Notes under the pieces: model-generated
Databases searched by the model: none
Seen by the model: the letters and a program-made list of their open reading frames with translations, nothing else
What the model was told of the DNA's origin: nothing
Translations under genes and position numbers: made by a program
Part shown: one piece after another, positions 46,949-58,120 of the stretch
Numbering within the stretch: the first letter of the stretch is position 1
How the letters are laid out: each line of letters starts with the position of its first letter
NCBI GenBank assembly: GCA_963845755.1
Contig: CAWJTV010000015.1
Span: 160,001-224,000 of the forward strand
Length of the DNA stretch: 64,000 bases
Source of the DNA: an uncultured Planctomycetota bacterium
GTDB lineage: Bacteria > Planctomycetota > Planctomycetia > Isosphaerales > Isosphaeraceae
Reading direction: 5' to 3'

Positions 46949-48361
46949 ATGAACGACGATGCGATGTCCCGGTCGGCGCACGTGGATCGCCGGACATTCC
47001 TCGTAGCCTCAGGCGCGGGCATGGCGGGGCTGCGACTGGTCCCGACTACCGAAGCGGCCGAGCCCGAAGCAGCGACGGCGCGGTCGACGATCCTGTTCTT
47101 CCTCTGTGGCGGGGCGTCGCACATCGACACGTGGGACTTGAAGCCGGATGCACCGGCCGAGTACCGCGGGCCGTTCCGTCCAATCGCGACGACGGCACCG
47201 GGCGTTCGTTTCTGCGAGCACCTGCCGCTCCTGGCCCGCCAGGCCCACCACCTGGCCGTGGTCAACTCGGTCGGCGCCACGGTGAATACGAACGACCACC
47301 ATGCCGGCTATTACTACAACCTGACCGGCCATGTCCCGGATACGAGCTTCCGGACGCTCGCCAACGACCGGACCCCGCGGCCGGACGACTGGCCTTACAT
47401 GGGCTGCGTTGCCGCCTCGCGCCGCCCGCCGCACCGGCACTTCCCTAACGCGATCACGCTGCCGCACCGGCCGAGCAAGGCACCGTACACGCGGCCCGGT
47501 CAGTTCGCCGCGCGGCTGGGGATCGAGCACGACCCGCTCTACGTCCACGGCGATCTCGGCCAGCCTCTCCGCTTCCAGGCGCCGGCCTTGACCCTGGGCG
47601 GCGACATGACCGCGCAGAGGCTCCAGGACCGCCGGGGACTGCTCGCGGCCGTCGACGCCGCCCGGCGGGACCTCGAACACGGTTCTCGGAATCGCATCTG
47701 GTCGAGCCTTCAGCAGAGGGCCTGGGGCTTGCTGGCCTCGTCGCGGACGACTTCGGCGTTCGATGTCGCCTCCGAGCCGGAACTGGTCCGCGAGCGTTAC
47801 GGCCAGACGATCAATGGTATGAGCCTGCTTCTCGCCCGGCGACTCGTCGAGGCCGGTGTCCCCTTCGTGACGGTCTTCTGGAAGGAGAACGAGGCGATTG
47901 CCAACAAGTGCAAGAGTGCCGGCGGTTGGGACACCCACGGCAACAACTTTAACTGTCTGAAGGAAAACCTCCTCCCGGAATTCGACCGGGCGTTTTCGGC
48001 CCTGGTCGAGGATCTGGCATGCCGCGGCTTGCTCCCGCAAACGCTTCTCCTGGTCACCAGCGAGATGGGGCGTACTCCGAGGATCGGCGATCCGCGATCG
48101 GGAGGCACGTCGGGAGCGGGCCGCGACCACTGGACCCATTGCATGAGCAACCTCCTGGCCGGTGGCGGCATCCAGGGGGGCCAGGTCTATGGCTCGAGCG
48201 ATCGACGCGGCGAATATCCCGCCCACAGGCCCGTCACACCGGCTCATATCGCCAAGACGGTCTATCATGCGATGGGAATCCACGACCTCACGGCCACCGC
48301 CAATGACGGACGTGTGTATCATCTGCTGGAAGAGGGTGAGCCGTTGCGGGAATTGTTCTGA
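46949..48361 (+). CDS. DUF1501 family protein
   Basis: DRRTFL, LCGGASHIDTWD, ARRLVEAGVPFV, SEMGRTP and GRDHW. Confidence 0.9.
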   Translation: MNDDAMSRSAHVDRRTFLVASGAGMAGLRLVPTTEAAEPEAATARSTILFFLCGGASHIDTWDLKPDAPAEYRGPFRPIATTAPGVRFCEHLPLLARQAHHLAVVNSVGATVNTNDHHAGYYYNLTGHVPDTSFRTLANDRTPRPDDWPYMGCVAASRRPPHRHFPNAITLPHRPSKAPYTRPGQFAARLGIEHDPLYVHGDLGQPLRFQAPALTLGGDMTAQRLQDRRGLLAAVDAARRDLEHGSRNRIWSSLQQRAWGLLASSRTTSAFDVASEPELVRERYGQTINGMSLLLARRLVEAGVPFVTVFWKENEAIANKCKSAGGWDTHGNNFNCLKENLLPEFDRAFSALVEDLACRGLLPQTLLLVTSEMGRTPRIGDPRSGGTSGAGRDHWTHCMSNLLAGGGIQGGQVYGSSDRRGEYPAHRPVTPAHIAKTVYHAMGIHDLTATANDGRVYHLLEEGEPLRELF

Positions 48362-48475
48362 ACCGACGGGTCGGCCAACCGACGGAGAAGACGGTTTTCA
48401 GTCGATGGGCTGAGAGACGAAGGTTTTCGATGTGCTCGCTCGGTCGAGCCTGATCTACGAGATTGAGGACTCACG

Positions 48476-49180
48476 ATGATCTCGATCGGCCGGTTCACCG
48501 AACGGACATGCCAGGGAATGACGCGGCGGGCCTTCCTCCAGATCGGTGCGGCCGCGCCTTTCATGACGGGGCTTCCGGCGCGAGCATCGTTCTCGTCGCC
48601 GGCCACCCATGCGGCGCTGGACCTCTCGCGCGAGTCGGCGGCCATGCGCGCCGCGTACGGCCGCACCTCGTTCGGCCAGAGCTGCCTGCTCGGCAGGCGG
48701 CTCGTCGAGGCCGGGGTACCCTACGTCCAGGTGAACTGGAGCCAGTACGTCGAGGTCTTCTACGCATTCTCCGACTACGGCTGGGACACGCACGCCGACA
48801 ACTTCGGCCTGCTCGCCGACTGGCACGGACCGCTCCTCGACCAGGTGCTCTCGACCCTGCTCGACGACCTCCGCCGGCGCGGGCTACTCGAGACGACGTT
48901 ATTGCTCTGTATGGGTGAGTTCGGCCGCACGCCGCGGATCAACGCGATCGGCTCCCGCGACCACTGGCATCATTGCTATTCCTCGATCTGGGCGGGGACC
49001 TGCGTGCGGGCCGGCCACGTCATCGGCGAGAGCGACGCTCGCGGCGAGCACCCCGCCTCCGATTCGATCACGCCCGCGATGGTCGGGACCACAATCCTCG
49101 ATCGCCTGGGTATCAGTTCGGCGGAACGGGCCGAGCTCCGGGTACTCGTGAGCGGGCGTGTGATCGATGAGCTGGGATGA
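48476..49180 (+). CDS. short DUF1501 protein lacking the N-terminal half (internal deletion)
   Basis: Tat-like TRRAFL joined directly to ALDLSRES..YGRTSFGQSCLLGRRLVEAGV; the GG.SH.D motif is absent. Confidence 0.7.
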   Translation: MISIGRFTERTCQGMTRRAFLQIGAAAPFMTGLPARASFSSPATHAALDLSRESAAMRAAYGRTSFGQSCLLGRRLVEAGVPYVQVNWSQYVEVFYAFSDYGWDTHADNFGLLADWHGPLLDQVLSTLLDDLRRRGLLETTLLLCMGEFGRTPRINAIGSRDHWHHCYSSIWAGTCVRAGHVIGESDARGEHPASDSITPAMVGTTILDRLGISSAERAELRVLVSGRVIDELG

Positions 49181-49217
49181 CGGCGGCCGTTGCCTCGACT
49201 CGTCAAGAATCGGATCC

Positions 49218-50529
49218 TCAGCCCGGCTTGCTGCGTTTGACGAAGCGGGGGATCAACCGTGAGGACGCCCGGGAGATGCAGTACAGCAGTGGGACGGTCA
49301 CCCAGGTGGATTGGATCTCGGCCGGCCGGATGGCGGGGAGGCCGGAGATCGGATCGAGCTGGATGTTCGGGCCCAGCGAGCTCACCGCGATATAAGTGAT
49401 GTCGCGCGCGAAGCTCTCGGCGGCGGTCACGGTTTCGGGACAGTAGTGGAGGAGGATTCGCCGCAGCAGTTCCGAGAGGTGCTCGATACGGTCCATGTCG
49501 ACGCCCGCGACGTGGTCGACGGTTCGCCATGGGTCGCCCTTGGCTTCGGTGTCGAGCAGGTGGTTCCACTCATCGAGCTTCGAGAGGACGACGACCAGCG
49601 GCCGGTCGAACGGTGCGGTGTGCGGCAGTCCGGCGTGGCGACGGATCCGCGCCGCGGCCTCGTTGAGGATCGTCTCCTGCCGGCTGATCCGCCCGGCTGA
49701 CGGCACGGCGCCTCCACTGCCCGATGCGGCCCCTCGACAAGCGGAACGGAACCGCGGGTCCTGTGTCGGGTCGAACAGGAAGAGCACCGCGCGCGACCGG
49801 GCCAGATGCCGCGTCACCGGGCTCGACGCCGTGTCCTGGCCGGGCTGGAAGTGCTCGCCCGCGTTGTCGTAGAGGCAGAGCATCCGCGCCAGCTTCGCGG
49901 AGTCGCTCCGCGAGTGGCCCTCACGCGGCTGCATCGTGAATAAGAGCGGACGCGGATAGCTCACGGTTTGCTGGCCGTAGGCCACCGTGTCATACAGCTC
50001 GCCTTGCAGCTCGGTCTTCCGGATCAGATTGCCCAGGGGGATCACCTTTGTGTCGTCGGGGTTGAGGAACAGCGCCTCTTCGCAGGCGTTGAGCACCCGG
50101 TTGGCCGTCGGGTCAGCGTCGGTGAACGCGACGTGGAAGTGCATGGGTAAGACCTGTCGCAGTTGCCAGGTCATGGTGGTCAGGAAGTACGACTTGCCGC
50201 TGGCCGGACTGCCCAGGATCGAATAGAACAACGGCTCCATCTCGAGCATGGCGCGGGGGACCTGGAGATGGCAATGCGGGCAGGCCAGATCCCGGCAGGT
50301 CATGCCCTTGGCGTTCGACGGCGTCGCCCTCGACCGTGAACCGGCTCGGGAGGAAGCGCTGCTGCCGTTCCGGACCGAGCATCGGGTCGCCGAGCAGCTC
50401 GACATGCTCCGAGATCCACAAGACCTGTTCCGGCGGGAACGTCTCCCAGCAATGCGGGCAGGTCACCCTCGTCAGCAGCCGGATCGGCTCCGCGTCGTTG
50501 GTATGGGAATCGTTCTCCAACCGGGTCAT
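49218..50529 (-). CDS. TRAFAC-clade GTPase with CxxC knuckles (double-GTPase-like), frameshifted near 50315
   Basis: CPHC x2; G1 GSPASGKS, G3 DNAGE and G4 SKLD. Confidence 0.75.
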
Positions 50530-50559
50530 GCTCGGGCTTCCTCCAGGGGATCCCGCGGT

Positions 50560-50967
50560 TCAATCGGTCCTGGCCTCATCATGGCGCCGAAACACGAGCC
50601 AATCTCGAGGGCCTTTGCGATGGAAGCGGACCAGGGCATAGGTCCCATGTAGCCGCCGGCCGTTCAGCACGAATGCGATCGACGTGTCGTTCCATTCCAG
50701 CAAGTCGTAGGTGCCGTCATCCCAGATCTCAACGGTCCCCGCCCCATACTGCCCCTCCGGGATGGTCCCCTCAAACGATCCGTAAGCCAGCGGATGATCG
50801 GGCACTTGCACGGCCAGCCGGCGGGTTCCCACAGTCTCCGGGATCCCCTTGGGCACGGCCCAGCTCTTGTAGACCCCGTCCTTCTCGAGGCGGAAGTCGT
50901 AGTGCAACGTCCGGGCCCGATGTTTCTGAACGACGAACCGACCCCCCGCGCCCTGGTGCTGGTCCAT
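50560..50967 (-). CDS. stand-alone LigD 3'-phosphoesterase domain protein
   Basis: FVVQKHRARTLHYDFRLE, SWAVPKG and YGAGTVEIWD. Confidence 0.92.
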   Translation of the reverse strand: MDQHQGAGGRFVVQKHRARTLHYDFRLEKDGVYKSWAVPKGIPETVGTRRLAVQVPDHPLAYGSFEGTIPEGQYGAGTVEIWDDGTYDLLEWNDTSIAFVLNGRRLHGTYALVRFHRKGPRDWLVFRRHDEARTD

Positions 50968-51036
50968 ACCTCACCTCATCGATGCCCGACCCAGAGGTGC
51001 TACGATCCTGGCTGCCGTCACTTCTGGCCTATTGTA

Positions 51037-51426
51037 TCAGGTCCCGCTCACTCCCGTGGCCAGCTCGATCAGGTCAGCGATCGAGCGGATCGTCTGCGGC
51101 GCGGCGAGATAACCGATGCCGCGATGCAAGTGCAGCCGGAACTGGCGGGCCAGGACGTCTTCCGAGGTACCCAGCCCATCGCGCTGGCAACGTTCCTTGA
51201 GCAAGGCGAGGTACAGCTCGTGGGCATCGCCGCCGAAGACGGGCCAGCTCATCTCGACATTGCTGTCCGCCGGAACATCCAGCGAGGCCGGTGGCGAGGA
51301 CTGCCGGAGCGACAGGCAGAACGCCCATCGACAGAGCACATTCCAGTGAGGGATGCCCGTCCGGGTCTTGAGACGGATGAGCTGCTCCTTCGCCTGCGTC
51401 GAGAGCTTCACCTGTCGGATACTCAT
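51037..51426 (-). CDS. dndE: DNA sulfur modification protein DndE
   Basis: QVKLSTQAKEQLIRLKTRTGIPHWNVLCRWAFCLSL..SNVEMSWPVFGG..HLHRGIGYL. Confidence 0.92.
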   Translation of the reverse strand: MSIRQVKLSTQAKEQLIRLKTRTGIPHWNVLCRWAFCLSLRQSSPPASLDVPADSNVEMSWPVFGGDAHELYLALLKERCQRDGLGTSEDVLARQFRLHLHRGIGYLAAPQTIRSIADLIELATGVSGT

Positions 51427-51893
51427 CGCCCTCACCGTTGCTAGGAACGTCCAGAATGGTACCAGTTCGGCTGGTCTGGCCCCAGGGCCGTGACCGCCGG
51501 GGACCCGCCGAGGCTGCTGGCAGCGGGCGTGCCAGGTCCATGCCGGCTTGCTTGACGCAACCTCAAGTTTCCGTGGAATTTCGGTCAGAAAGTCGGTGGC
51601 ACAAAGTGGCACTCAATATGATCTTTTGGGAAATGCCCGCTCTTCCACGGTCCTGCCCGATTGGTCGTCGGGGCAGGCCGAGAAATGATGAGCCGATCGG
51701 CCGGCAATCTTGGGACATTCGTTCCGGACTCCGCGCATTCTGGGGGGGCTCCCGGCCCGCCGGCGCCTGCACGTTGGGCCTCTACCTATTAGGATGCCGC
51801 AACTTCGGAAAAACGTTAATGCACCTACGCGAAAAATCGCGGTTTCTCTCGCAGCAACGCGTGATGCGGTCGAGACATAAAAATTTTAAGAAA

Positions 51894-53968
51894 TTATTTT
51901 CGCCGGGGGATCCGTCCGCGACTCGGGCGGCGGATTTGCGCCGGGAGCCCCTCTCCACTCCCGTGTGCCTCCTCCCAGAAGTAGCCCGGCTCCGCGTAGG
52001 TGGCCCGGGTTTCCTCGTCGTAGCGGAGGTGATAGGCCCGGGCGATGTGGGTCCGGAGCGACTGATAGTAATGCCGGTTGACCTCCGTGTCGGTCGAGAG
52101 GATCAGCACCTGGTGGCTGGCGTTGGGGAAGTAGCGTTCGATCAGGTGGCGGCGGTGAGCGGCGTCGAGCCGGGCCATCGGCGTGTCGATGATCGCCGGC
52201 AGGGGATGGGCCGATGCGCGGGCCAGACCCCACAAGACCGAGATGGCGAAGATCTGCTTCTCGCCTTCAGATAACCGCTCCCGGGGCAGGGCATGCCCGG
52301 CCTGGTTGAAGAGGGTGATGGCGAACGTCGTGGGATCGATCTGGATCCGTTCGACCAGGCTCTGCTTGCGTAGGAGGTACCGGAACGATTCGGTGATCAG
52401 GTCGGAGAGACGGTCGATCTTCCGTTCGGTCGCCCGGGTCAGGAACTCCTGCATGACGACCTGGGTCCTGGCGGCGACCCGGGTCATCCGCAGGCGATCG
52501 TCCTGGGCGTCCTCCTCGTTCGCTTGCCGCACCTGGATCGCACGTAACTTCTCCGTCCGGGCCTCCCGTTCCGCACGACGTTCCGCGATCGTCCGGTCCA
52601 GTTGTCGGGCCTCTTCGTGGACCGTTCCCAATCGCTCGGACGACGCCCGAAGCCGATTGAGGAACTGGCGGATCGCCTCGTCCTCGACTGTGATCGAATC
52701 GTCGCGATCCACCTCCTTGAACTGCGCGGTCCAGGTCCGATCGCCGATCCATCACACTCGCGGCATCCCGACGCAATTCCGAGAGCCGTTGTCCCCGGAG
52801 GTTGTGGAGCAGGGACCGGGCGCCCGGCGCCAGGAGGAGCCGTGCCTCAACGTCGTGAGCCGCCCCGGTGCGCGATTCTCGGTCCCGGGCGAGATGCGTC
52901 TTGACCTTCCTCACGACGGCCGGCGCCGTCTCCAGCTCGGCGAGCAAGGCGAGAACCTTCTCGTCGCGCTCGTCGAGCAGGCGCCGGATGACCTCGGCCT
53001 CGGCCGCTTCCGTCTCGCGCTTGTCCTGGTCCTCGACGGCTTCGAGCAGGTCGCCGACCAGGCAGAGCGGCAGCTCCGTGGCGGCCAGGGCGACGAGCTG
53101 CGCGTCGCACGCGCGGACCTCCTGGGCGAGTCCTTCCTTCCGGCGCTCGCGGTCCCCGCGCTTCTCCCAGTGCCGGCCCCCCGCCGCCTGGAACTCGTCC
53201 TCCAACCGTTCGTAGTCGGCCTTCGCTCGCAGCACGACGTTCTCGTGCTCGCTGCGCCTCGTGTTCAGGGCAGCGATCTCCTTGCGTAGGTCCTCGATCT
53301 CCCGCGCGAGCCCGGCCCGATCCTCGCGCGGTTTGCTGGCCTCGGCGCCTCGGGCGGCCAGCCGCGTTTCGAGGACGGCGGCGTCGGCGATCAGCCGCTC
53401 GGCGATATCGAGGCCCAGAAGCGATTTGACGGCCGTCCCCAGCACCTGGCTGCTGGTCTCATCCTCGGCGAGCGATCGGATCTTCTCCGCGTCGAAGAAG
53501 AAGAGCTGGGAGACCTCCAGCGGGAAGAAATCCTCCACGAGCTGGCCCCAGTGCTCCGAATGCCAGCGATCGTGCAGACCGTCCAGCGAGACCTGGAGCT
53601 CCTCGCGCACCTTCTTGCCCTGCACGCTCCAGAACCGGCTGACATCATAGACGTGCTCCTCCCCGCCGGCTGCATGGCGGAACGTCAGCGAGACGCCCGC
53701 CCCTTCCGCGCCGCCGACCCCATGGTGGATCGACTGACGGAGGAACTCGTCATACCCCAGGTTGGCCCGCTTCGAACACCGCGCAGGGTGCCATAGAGCG
53801 CGACCTGGATCGCGTCAAGCAGCGTGGTCTTCCCGGCGCCGTTGGTGCCGCCGAACAGGACGATCGGCCGCATGCCGGCGTTCCGGGGTGCGGGCGCGGA
53901 GTCAGGTCAAAAGATTGTTCGCCGCGGTAGAGACCGAAGTTCCGCAACGTCACGCGTTCGAGGATCAT
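51894..53968 (-). CDS. dndD: DNA sulfur modification protein DndD (SMC-like ATPase), frameshifted
   Basis: LRNFGLYRG, GGTNGAGKTT, LFFFDAEKI, LSEGEKQ, IIDTPMARLD and QVLILSTDTEV. Confidence 0.92.
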
Positions 53969-54016
53969 TATGGTCTCGCCGGTCGGTGGTAGGGCGTCCA
54001 GAACCTTGTCTACTCG

Positions 54017-54260
54017 GTGTTCCCAGGGTGCGCCTTCGGCGACCCTGGGCTTTGATGTGCAACGCCTTTGGCGTAGGGATCATCGCGGGTGCCCTCGTGT
54101 TCCCAGGGTGCGCCTCGGCGACCCTGGGCTTTGATGTGCAACGCCTTTGGCGTAGGGATCTGGCGTTTCCTTTGATGTGCACCGCCTTCTGCGTAACGAC
54201 CCGGCGTTTCTTGACCCCAACGGGTCGGACAACAAAGCCCAGGGTCGCCGAAGGCGCATC
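54017..54260. repeat. REP/MITE-like array (two direct copies, one partial, one inverted) between dndC and dndD
   Basis: gtgttcccagggtgcgcc(t)tcggcgaccctgggctttgatgtgcaacgcctttggcgtagggatc at 54017 and 54097. Confidence 0.85.
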
Positions 54261-54275
54261 CAGCGACGGTGCTCG

Positions 54276-55789
54276 CTAATCGCTACTCTTTTCAAAGAAA
54301 ACCATCTGCCCACTCTCCCCGACTTCATCCGGGTCTTTCAACCGCTTCAACCGCTGATCCCGTTCTGTGAGGACCGCGAACGCTTCTTTCTCATCCTCGA
54401 ACACCGCCGCCTTGAGGCACTTCTCCAGCGCCTCGATGACGCCGACACGCCGGGTCATTCCCCGGAACTTCTGTTCGACCCCGAGGAGTGCGACCTGGAG
54501 GTCGAAGAGGACCTCGTCTCCCTCGCAGACGTCGCGGAGCAGCTCCCAATCGTCGGACCGGAGCGTATTGCCCTCCTCCCGCGGCCTGGGGAATTCCTCG
54601 CCGGTCACCTCCTGGTAGATCCTCGGCAGGCTGTCGTCGAACTCGTGCTTCTCGTGCAACCAGAGCCGGCGGATCTCGTCCAGTTCCTCCAGGCTGATGA
54701 GCTGGATCTCGCGGAACTCCTTCGGTCCCTCCCGGCGTGCGCTCTGCTGGGCTTCGAGCACCCGACGGAGCCAGTATTCGCGCGCCTCCTTCTTGTACGG
54801 GCCGGGGATCGTCCCATCGTGCCAGAGCTGGACCTGGCCGTTCATCCGCCGGAAGTCGCGCTTGTCCTTGTCGGGCTCGCCGAGCTCGTTGCGCAGCTCG
54901 AGGAGCGGCGTCATCCAGACTTTTTCTTCGTCGTTCTTGATCATGGCCTCCATAGAGCGGTCCTTGTCGACGACCGTGCAGACCCAGCACCCGAACCGGC
55001 TGCTGCCGCAACTGGGGGTCGAGCTATCGACGACCAGCGGGCATTCGCCCCCCTCGGTGGCCCCTTGATACATCCCCAGCAGCGACTTGTTGTCGTGGCC
55101 CCACGGGTTCTTGACCTGCATGAGGAACAGCCAGACGTCGTCGTTGTTCCAGTCCTCGATCGGCGTATAGACGAGCGAATTCGGCAGGCTGGCGTTGGGG
55201 ACGAGCCGGTCGCGGACCCGACGCTCGGCGTGCTTCTCGATGGTGATGGCCCGACGCTGGCTCTCGGCCTTGCGAGTGCCGAGGACGAGGATGGCCTCGC
55301 CATACTCCTGCACGACCCCGCGGATGAACGCATTCGACGGCTTGATCTTGAGCCGCTCGGTGCACCATCGAAACTTCTGATTCGGGGCCGGGTAACCACG
55401 CCCGATCAGGTTCACCCAGAACGAGTTGGCGATCTCGGGCGTGAGCTTGTGCGGGTGGATCGGTAGCTCCTGCTCGCGCGCCGCGGCGCGCATGCGGTCG
55501 AGCGAGGTCTCGACCCACTTCGCGACGACCGGTTGTTCGACCATCGTATCGGTCGAGATCACGTGAATCGCCTTCGTCCGCTCGGCGGCCGGCAGCTTGC
55601 GGATGGCCAGCCAGACGAGCTGGAGGGTCGCGCTCGAATCTTTACCACCGCTATAACCCACCACCCAGGGAATCGCGTCGGCGAGATACAACTCGCGAAT
55701 CTCGGCGCACACGGCCTCGACCGTCCTGGCCAGGCCCACGCGCGGAAGGCGGAAGGCGGTCCGGCAGGCTTATTAGACGACCTGGCCAT
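54276..55789 (-). CDS. dndC: DNA phosphorothioation protein DndC (PAPS-reductase-like, Fe-S); N-terminus frameshifted near 55740
   Basis: YSGGKDS, FWVNLIGRGYPAP, RWCT and GECP..SCGSSRFGCWVCT. Confidence 0.93.
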
Positions 55790-56873
55790 TGCGGTTCCTT
55801 CGGAATTGGGTTTCCAATTCCTGTTCGTCATCGGTGAGCTTGAGACCGAGGTGCTTTTTGATGGCATTGCCGGTAAGACCGACATTGATCAACCGCTTCG
55901 AGAGCCTCCCTGTGGTCATCGCACGGCCCTCCCAGAGCGCCGCGTTGCTCCGTGACCAGTCGAGCGATTCCAGCCTGGCGAGTTTCCGCTTCCAATCCTT
56001 GGGATGCTCGGCGCATAGCGCACTGCCGGCCCTGGCAATCGCGGCGAGAGCGAGAGTATGGGCGTGGATGTAATCCCGTCGGAGATCCGCGGCGCTGACC
56101 TTCCGCTCCTTGGCGAGTTGCCAGTCCGGCATTCGCTTCGCCACCTCATTCCAGAACTCGGCGGCGATTGCAGCCCTGGCTTCGATCGCGTCATCGGCGT
56201 GGTCGGCTAACAGGATGCGAGTCGCCTGATAGATCCCGCTCAGTGTGAACAGCTTGATCGATCGATTCGAAATCGTGCTTCTCTCCGTTTCCGTGAGATC
56301 CGTGAACACCGACACGCGTTGCATGAGGATCTTGGCGACCTGGGCGTCTTCGTCGCGATGGTCGTAGACGATGCTGAGCGATGTTGTCGGCCGGATTGCG
56401 TAACGGTTGAGATCGGCGAACATCTGCTGGCAACGCTTCAGACCAACGTCCATGAAGAAGACGACCGCGATCGTCTCATCCCCCAATTCGGGATTGTCCC
56501 GCAGCGCCCCTTCGATACCCGCCCGGCGGTGTTGGCCGTCGTTGATGACGAACCGAGCCGACATGGGAATCCGGAGCTGGCCGACATTGTTTTCCGGTCC
56601 CCCGGGACCAAAGGGCTCAAACGTAATCTCTCCATCGATCGAGGCGGTCAAGGCGGAGAAGGTGTAGTCTCGGGGGTGCTGCACGATGTAGCGGGCAATC
56701 TCCGGCACACGGGTCTTGTTCAGGATCCGCTGAGCACGTAGCTCCGGCTTCAGCTCATCCTCGTCGAAGAGGAAGATCCGTGGGATGAGCCTCAACGGGC
56801 ACATCGAGACGTAATAGGCCCGCCCGGCTTGGATCCCGCGAATCGCTGGAAAGATGTATTCGAAGGTCGCCAT
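55773..56873 (-). CDS. dndB: DndB DGQHR-domain regulator
   Basis: FPAIRGIQAG, RAQRILNKTR, INDGQHR, QQMFADLN and SIKLFTL. Confidence 0.93.
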   Translation of the reverse strand: MATFEYIFPAIRGIQAGRAYYVSMCPLRLIPRIFLFDEDELKPELRAQRILNKTRVPEIARYIVQHPRDYTFSALTASIDGEITFEPFGPGGPENNVGQLRIPMSARFVINDGQHRRAGIEGALRDNPELGDETIAVVFFMDVGLKRCQQMFADLNRYAIRPTTSLSIVYDHRDEDAQVAKILMQRVSVFTDLTETERSTISNRSIKLFTLSGIYQATRILLADHADDAIEARAAIAAEFWNEVAKRMPDWQLAKERKVSAADLRRDYIHAHTLALAAIARAGSALCAEHPKDWKRKLARLESLDWSRSNAALWEGRAMTTGRLSKRLINVGLTGNAIKKHLGLKLTDDEQELETQFRRNRNGQVV

Positions 56874-56892
56874 AGGATTGTGGACGGCCAGA

Positions 56893-56953
56893 GTTGGAAG
56901 TCAATTAATAGACTTCCAACACACTACACTTGACTTCCAATTGCGTCAATTGG
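56893..56953. promoter_or_regulatory. operator-like element upstream of dndB (copy 1)
   Basis: GTTGGAAGTC-N8-GACTTCCAAC, a third GACTTCCAA 21 bp later, then CGTCAATTGG. Confidence 0.7.
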
Positions 56954-57252
56954 GCAGCTTGGAGGCCCTGTCGCCAAGCCGCGGTCTCGCGGGGTGGTGA
57001 CGGTCGCTGGGCCAAGCCGAGTGCATCTGTCCCGAATTGTCGGGTTGAACTTAAATCGTTTGCTATTGACGGGTTGTGAAACGAGAGATATAACAGGTCC
57101 CGGGATTGACGCTCGAAACCAAAGATCGGAGAGAGGGCTCGATTCGGACTCGGCGATCCACCGCGCTGGAAGTCAAACGAGGTCTCCACTCGGAGCATCC
57201 ATTCGAGCGCTTAACTTTTGCATGGCGCACGCCCTATGGCCCCGCGAGTTCA

Positions 57253-57345
57253 CCCCCCGGAACCCCCCCTTCGCAAGGGGGGGACAAGAAACGGGCTTTT
57301 TCCGATCAATATCCCCCCCTTGCGAAGGGGGGGTTCCGGGGGGTT
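57253..57345. repeat. REP-like palindrome (CCCCCCTTCGCAAGGGGGG pair)
   Basis: accccccggaaccccccctt..aagggggg ... ccccccttgcgaagggggggttccggggggt. Confidence 0.75.
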
Positions 57346-57396
57346 TTTCGGGAACAGGCTTCGAGCGTGTGCAACCCAACTGTGAGGCGCTCTGGA

Positions 57397-57458
57397 AGAA
57401 CCTGGTCAAGATCAATCAGGCCGGGGGAAGTGACCCATGTCCACGATCACACCGACTC
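57397..57458 (+). repeat. Uma2 leader repeat, copy 1 (other copies at ~58387-58458 and ~59183-59254)
   Basis: agaacctggtcaaga.caa..aggc.gggggaagtgacccATGtccacgatcacaccgactc. Confidence 0.85.
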
Positions 57459-58053
57459 CACCGATGACGAATTCGTACTGGATCCCCGCGCCCTGCATCG
57501 TTTGACGCTCGACGAATACGAAGCGATGGTCAAGTCTGGTATCCTGACGGCTCGGGATCGGGTGCATCTCATCAACGGATGTCTGGTGGAGAAGATATCA
57601 CATAGTCCAGCCCATGCGTGCGTCAACGAAATCTGTGGCGATACCCTTCGCGCTCTCTTGCCCCCAGGCTGGTCATTGCGAGGCGCGAAGCCCGTGCGAA
57701 TCCCGAGACCCAGACCGGAAGCGGATAGCGAGCCGGAACCGGACCGGTGCATCGTCAGGGGCACCACCCGGGATTATGAGGATCAGCATCCGGAGCCCGA
57801 GGACGTCGCGCTCGTCGTCGAGGTATCCAGGTCCAGCCTGGCGGAAGATCGCAAAATGGCAGGCATATACGGCCGCGCAGGGATACCGGTCTACTGGCTG
57901 ATCGATGCCGTGAACCGCCAGATTGAGGTCTACTCCCAACCCGGCCCGGGTGGTTACACGGTGATGGACGTGCTCGCGCCGGGGCATGTCCTGACCCTCG
58001 TTATCGACGGCGCCGAGGTGGGCCAAATCCCCGTGGAGGACATCCTGCCCTGA
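57437..58053 (+). CDS. Uma2 (DUF820) family endonuclease, copy 1 (frameshift near 57492)
   Basis: LTLDEYEAM, SEPEPD, LVVEVS and YGRAGIPVYWLID. Confidence 0.88.
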
Positions 58054-58120
58054 TCACTTCCGGGGGGCGGTCCGGAGAGCCTTCGATGTCCCAGGTCTTG
58101 AAGTTGCTGGAGACCAACTT

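Noticed and set aside
51594..51612. TGGCAC direct repeat as a sigma-54 promoter
   Set aside because: No TTGC at the -12 position, and it is on the wrong strand for dndE
54017..54260. Repeat array as CRISPR
   Set aside because: Units are ~64 bp with a 15-bp gap and one inverted copy, which is a REP architecture
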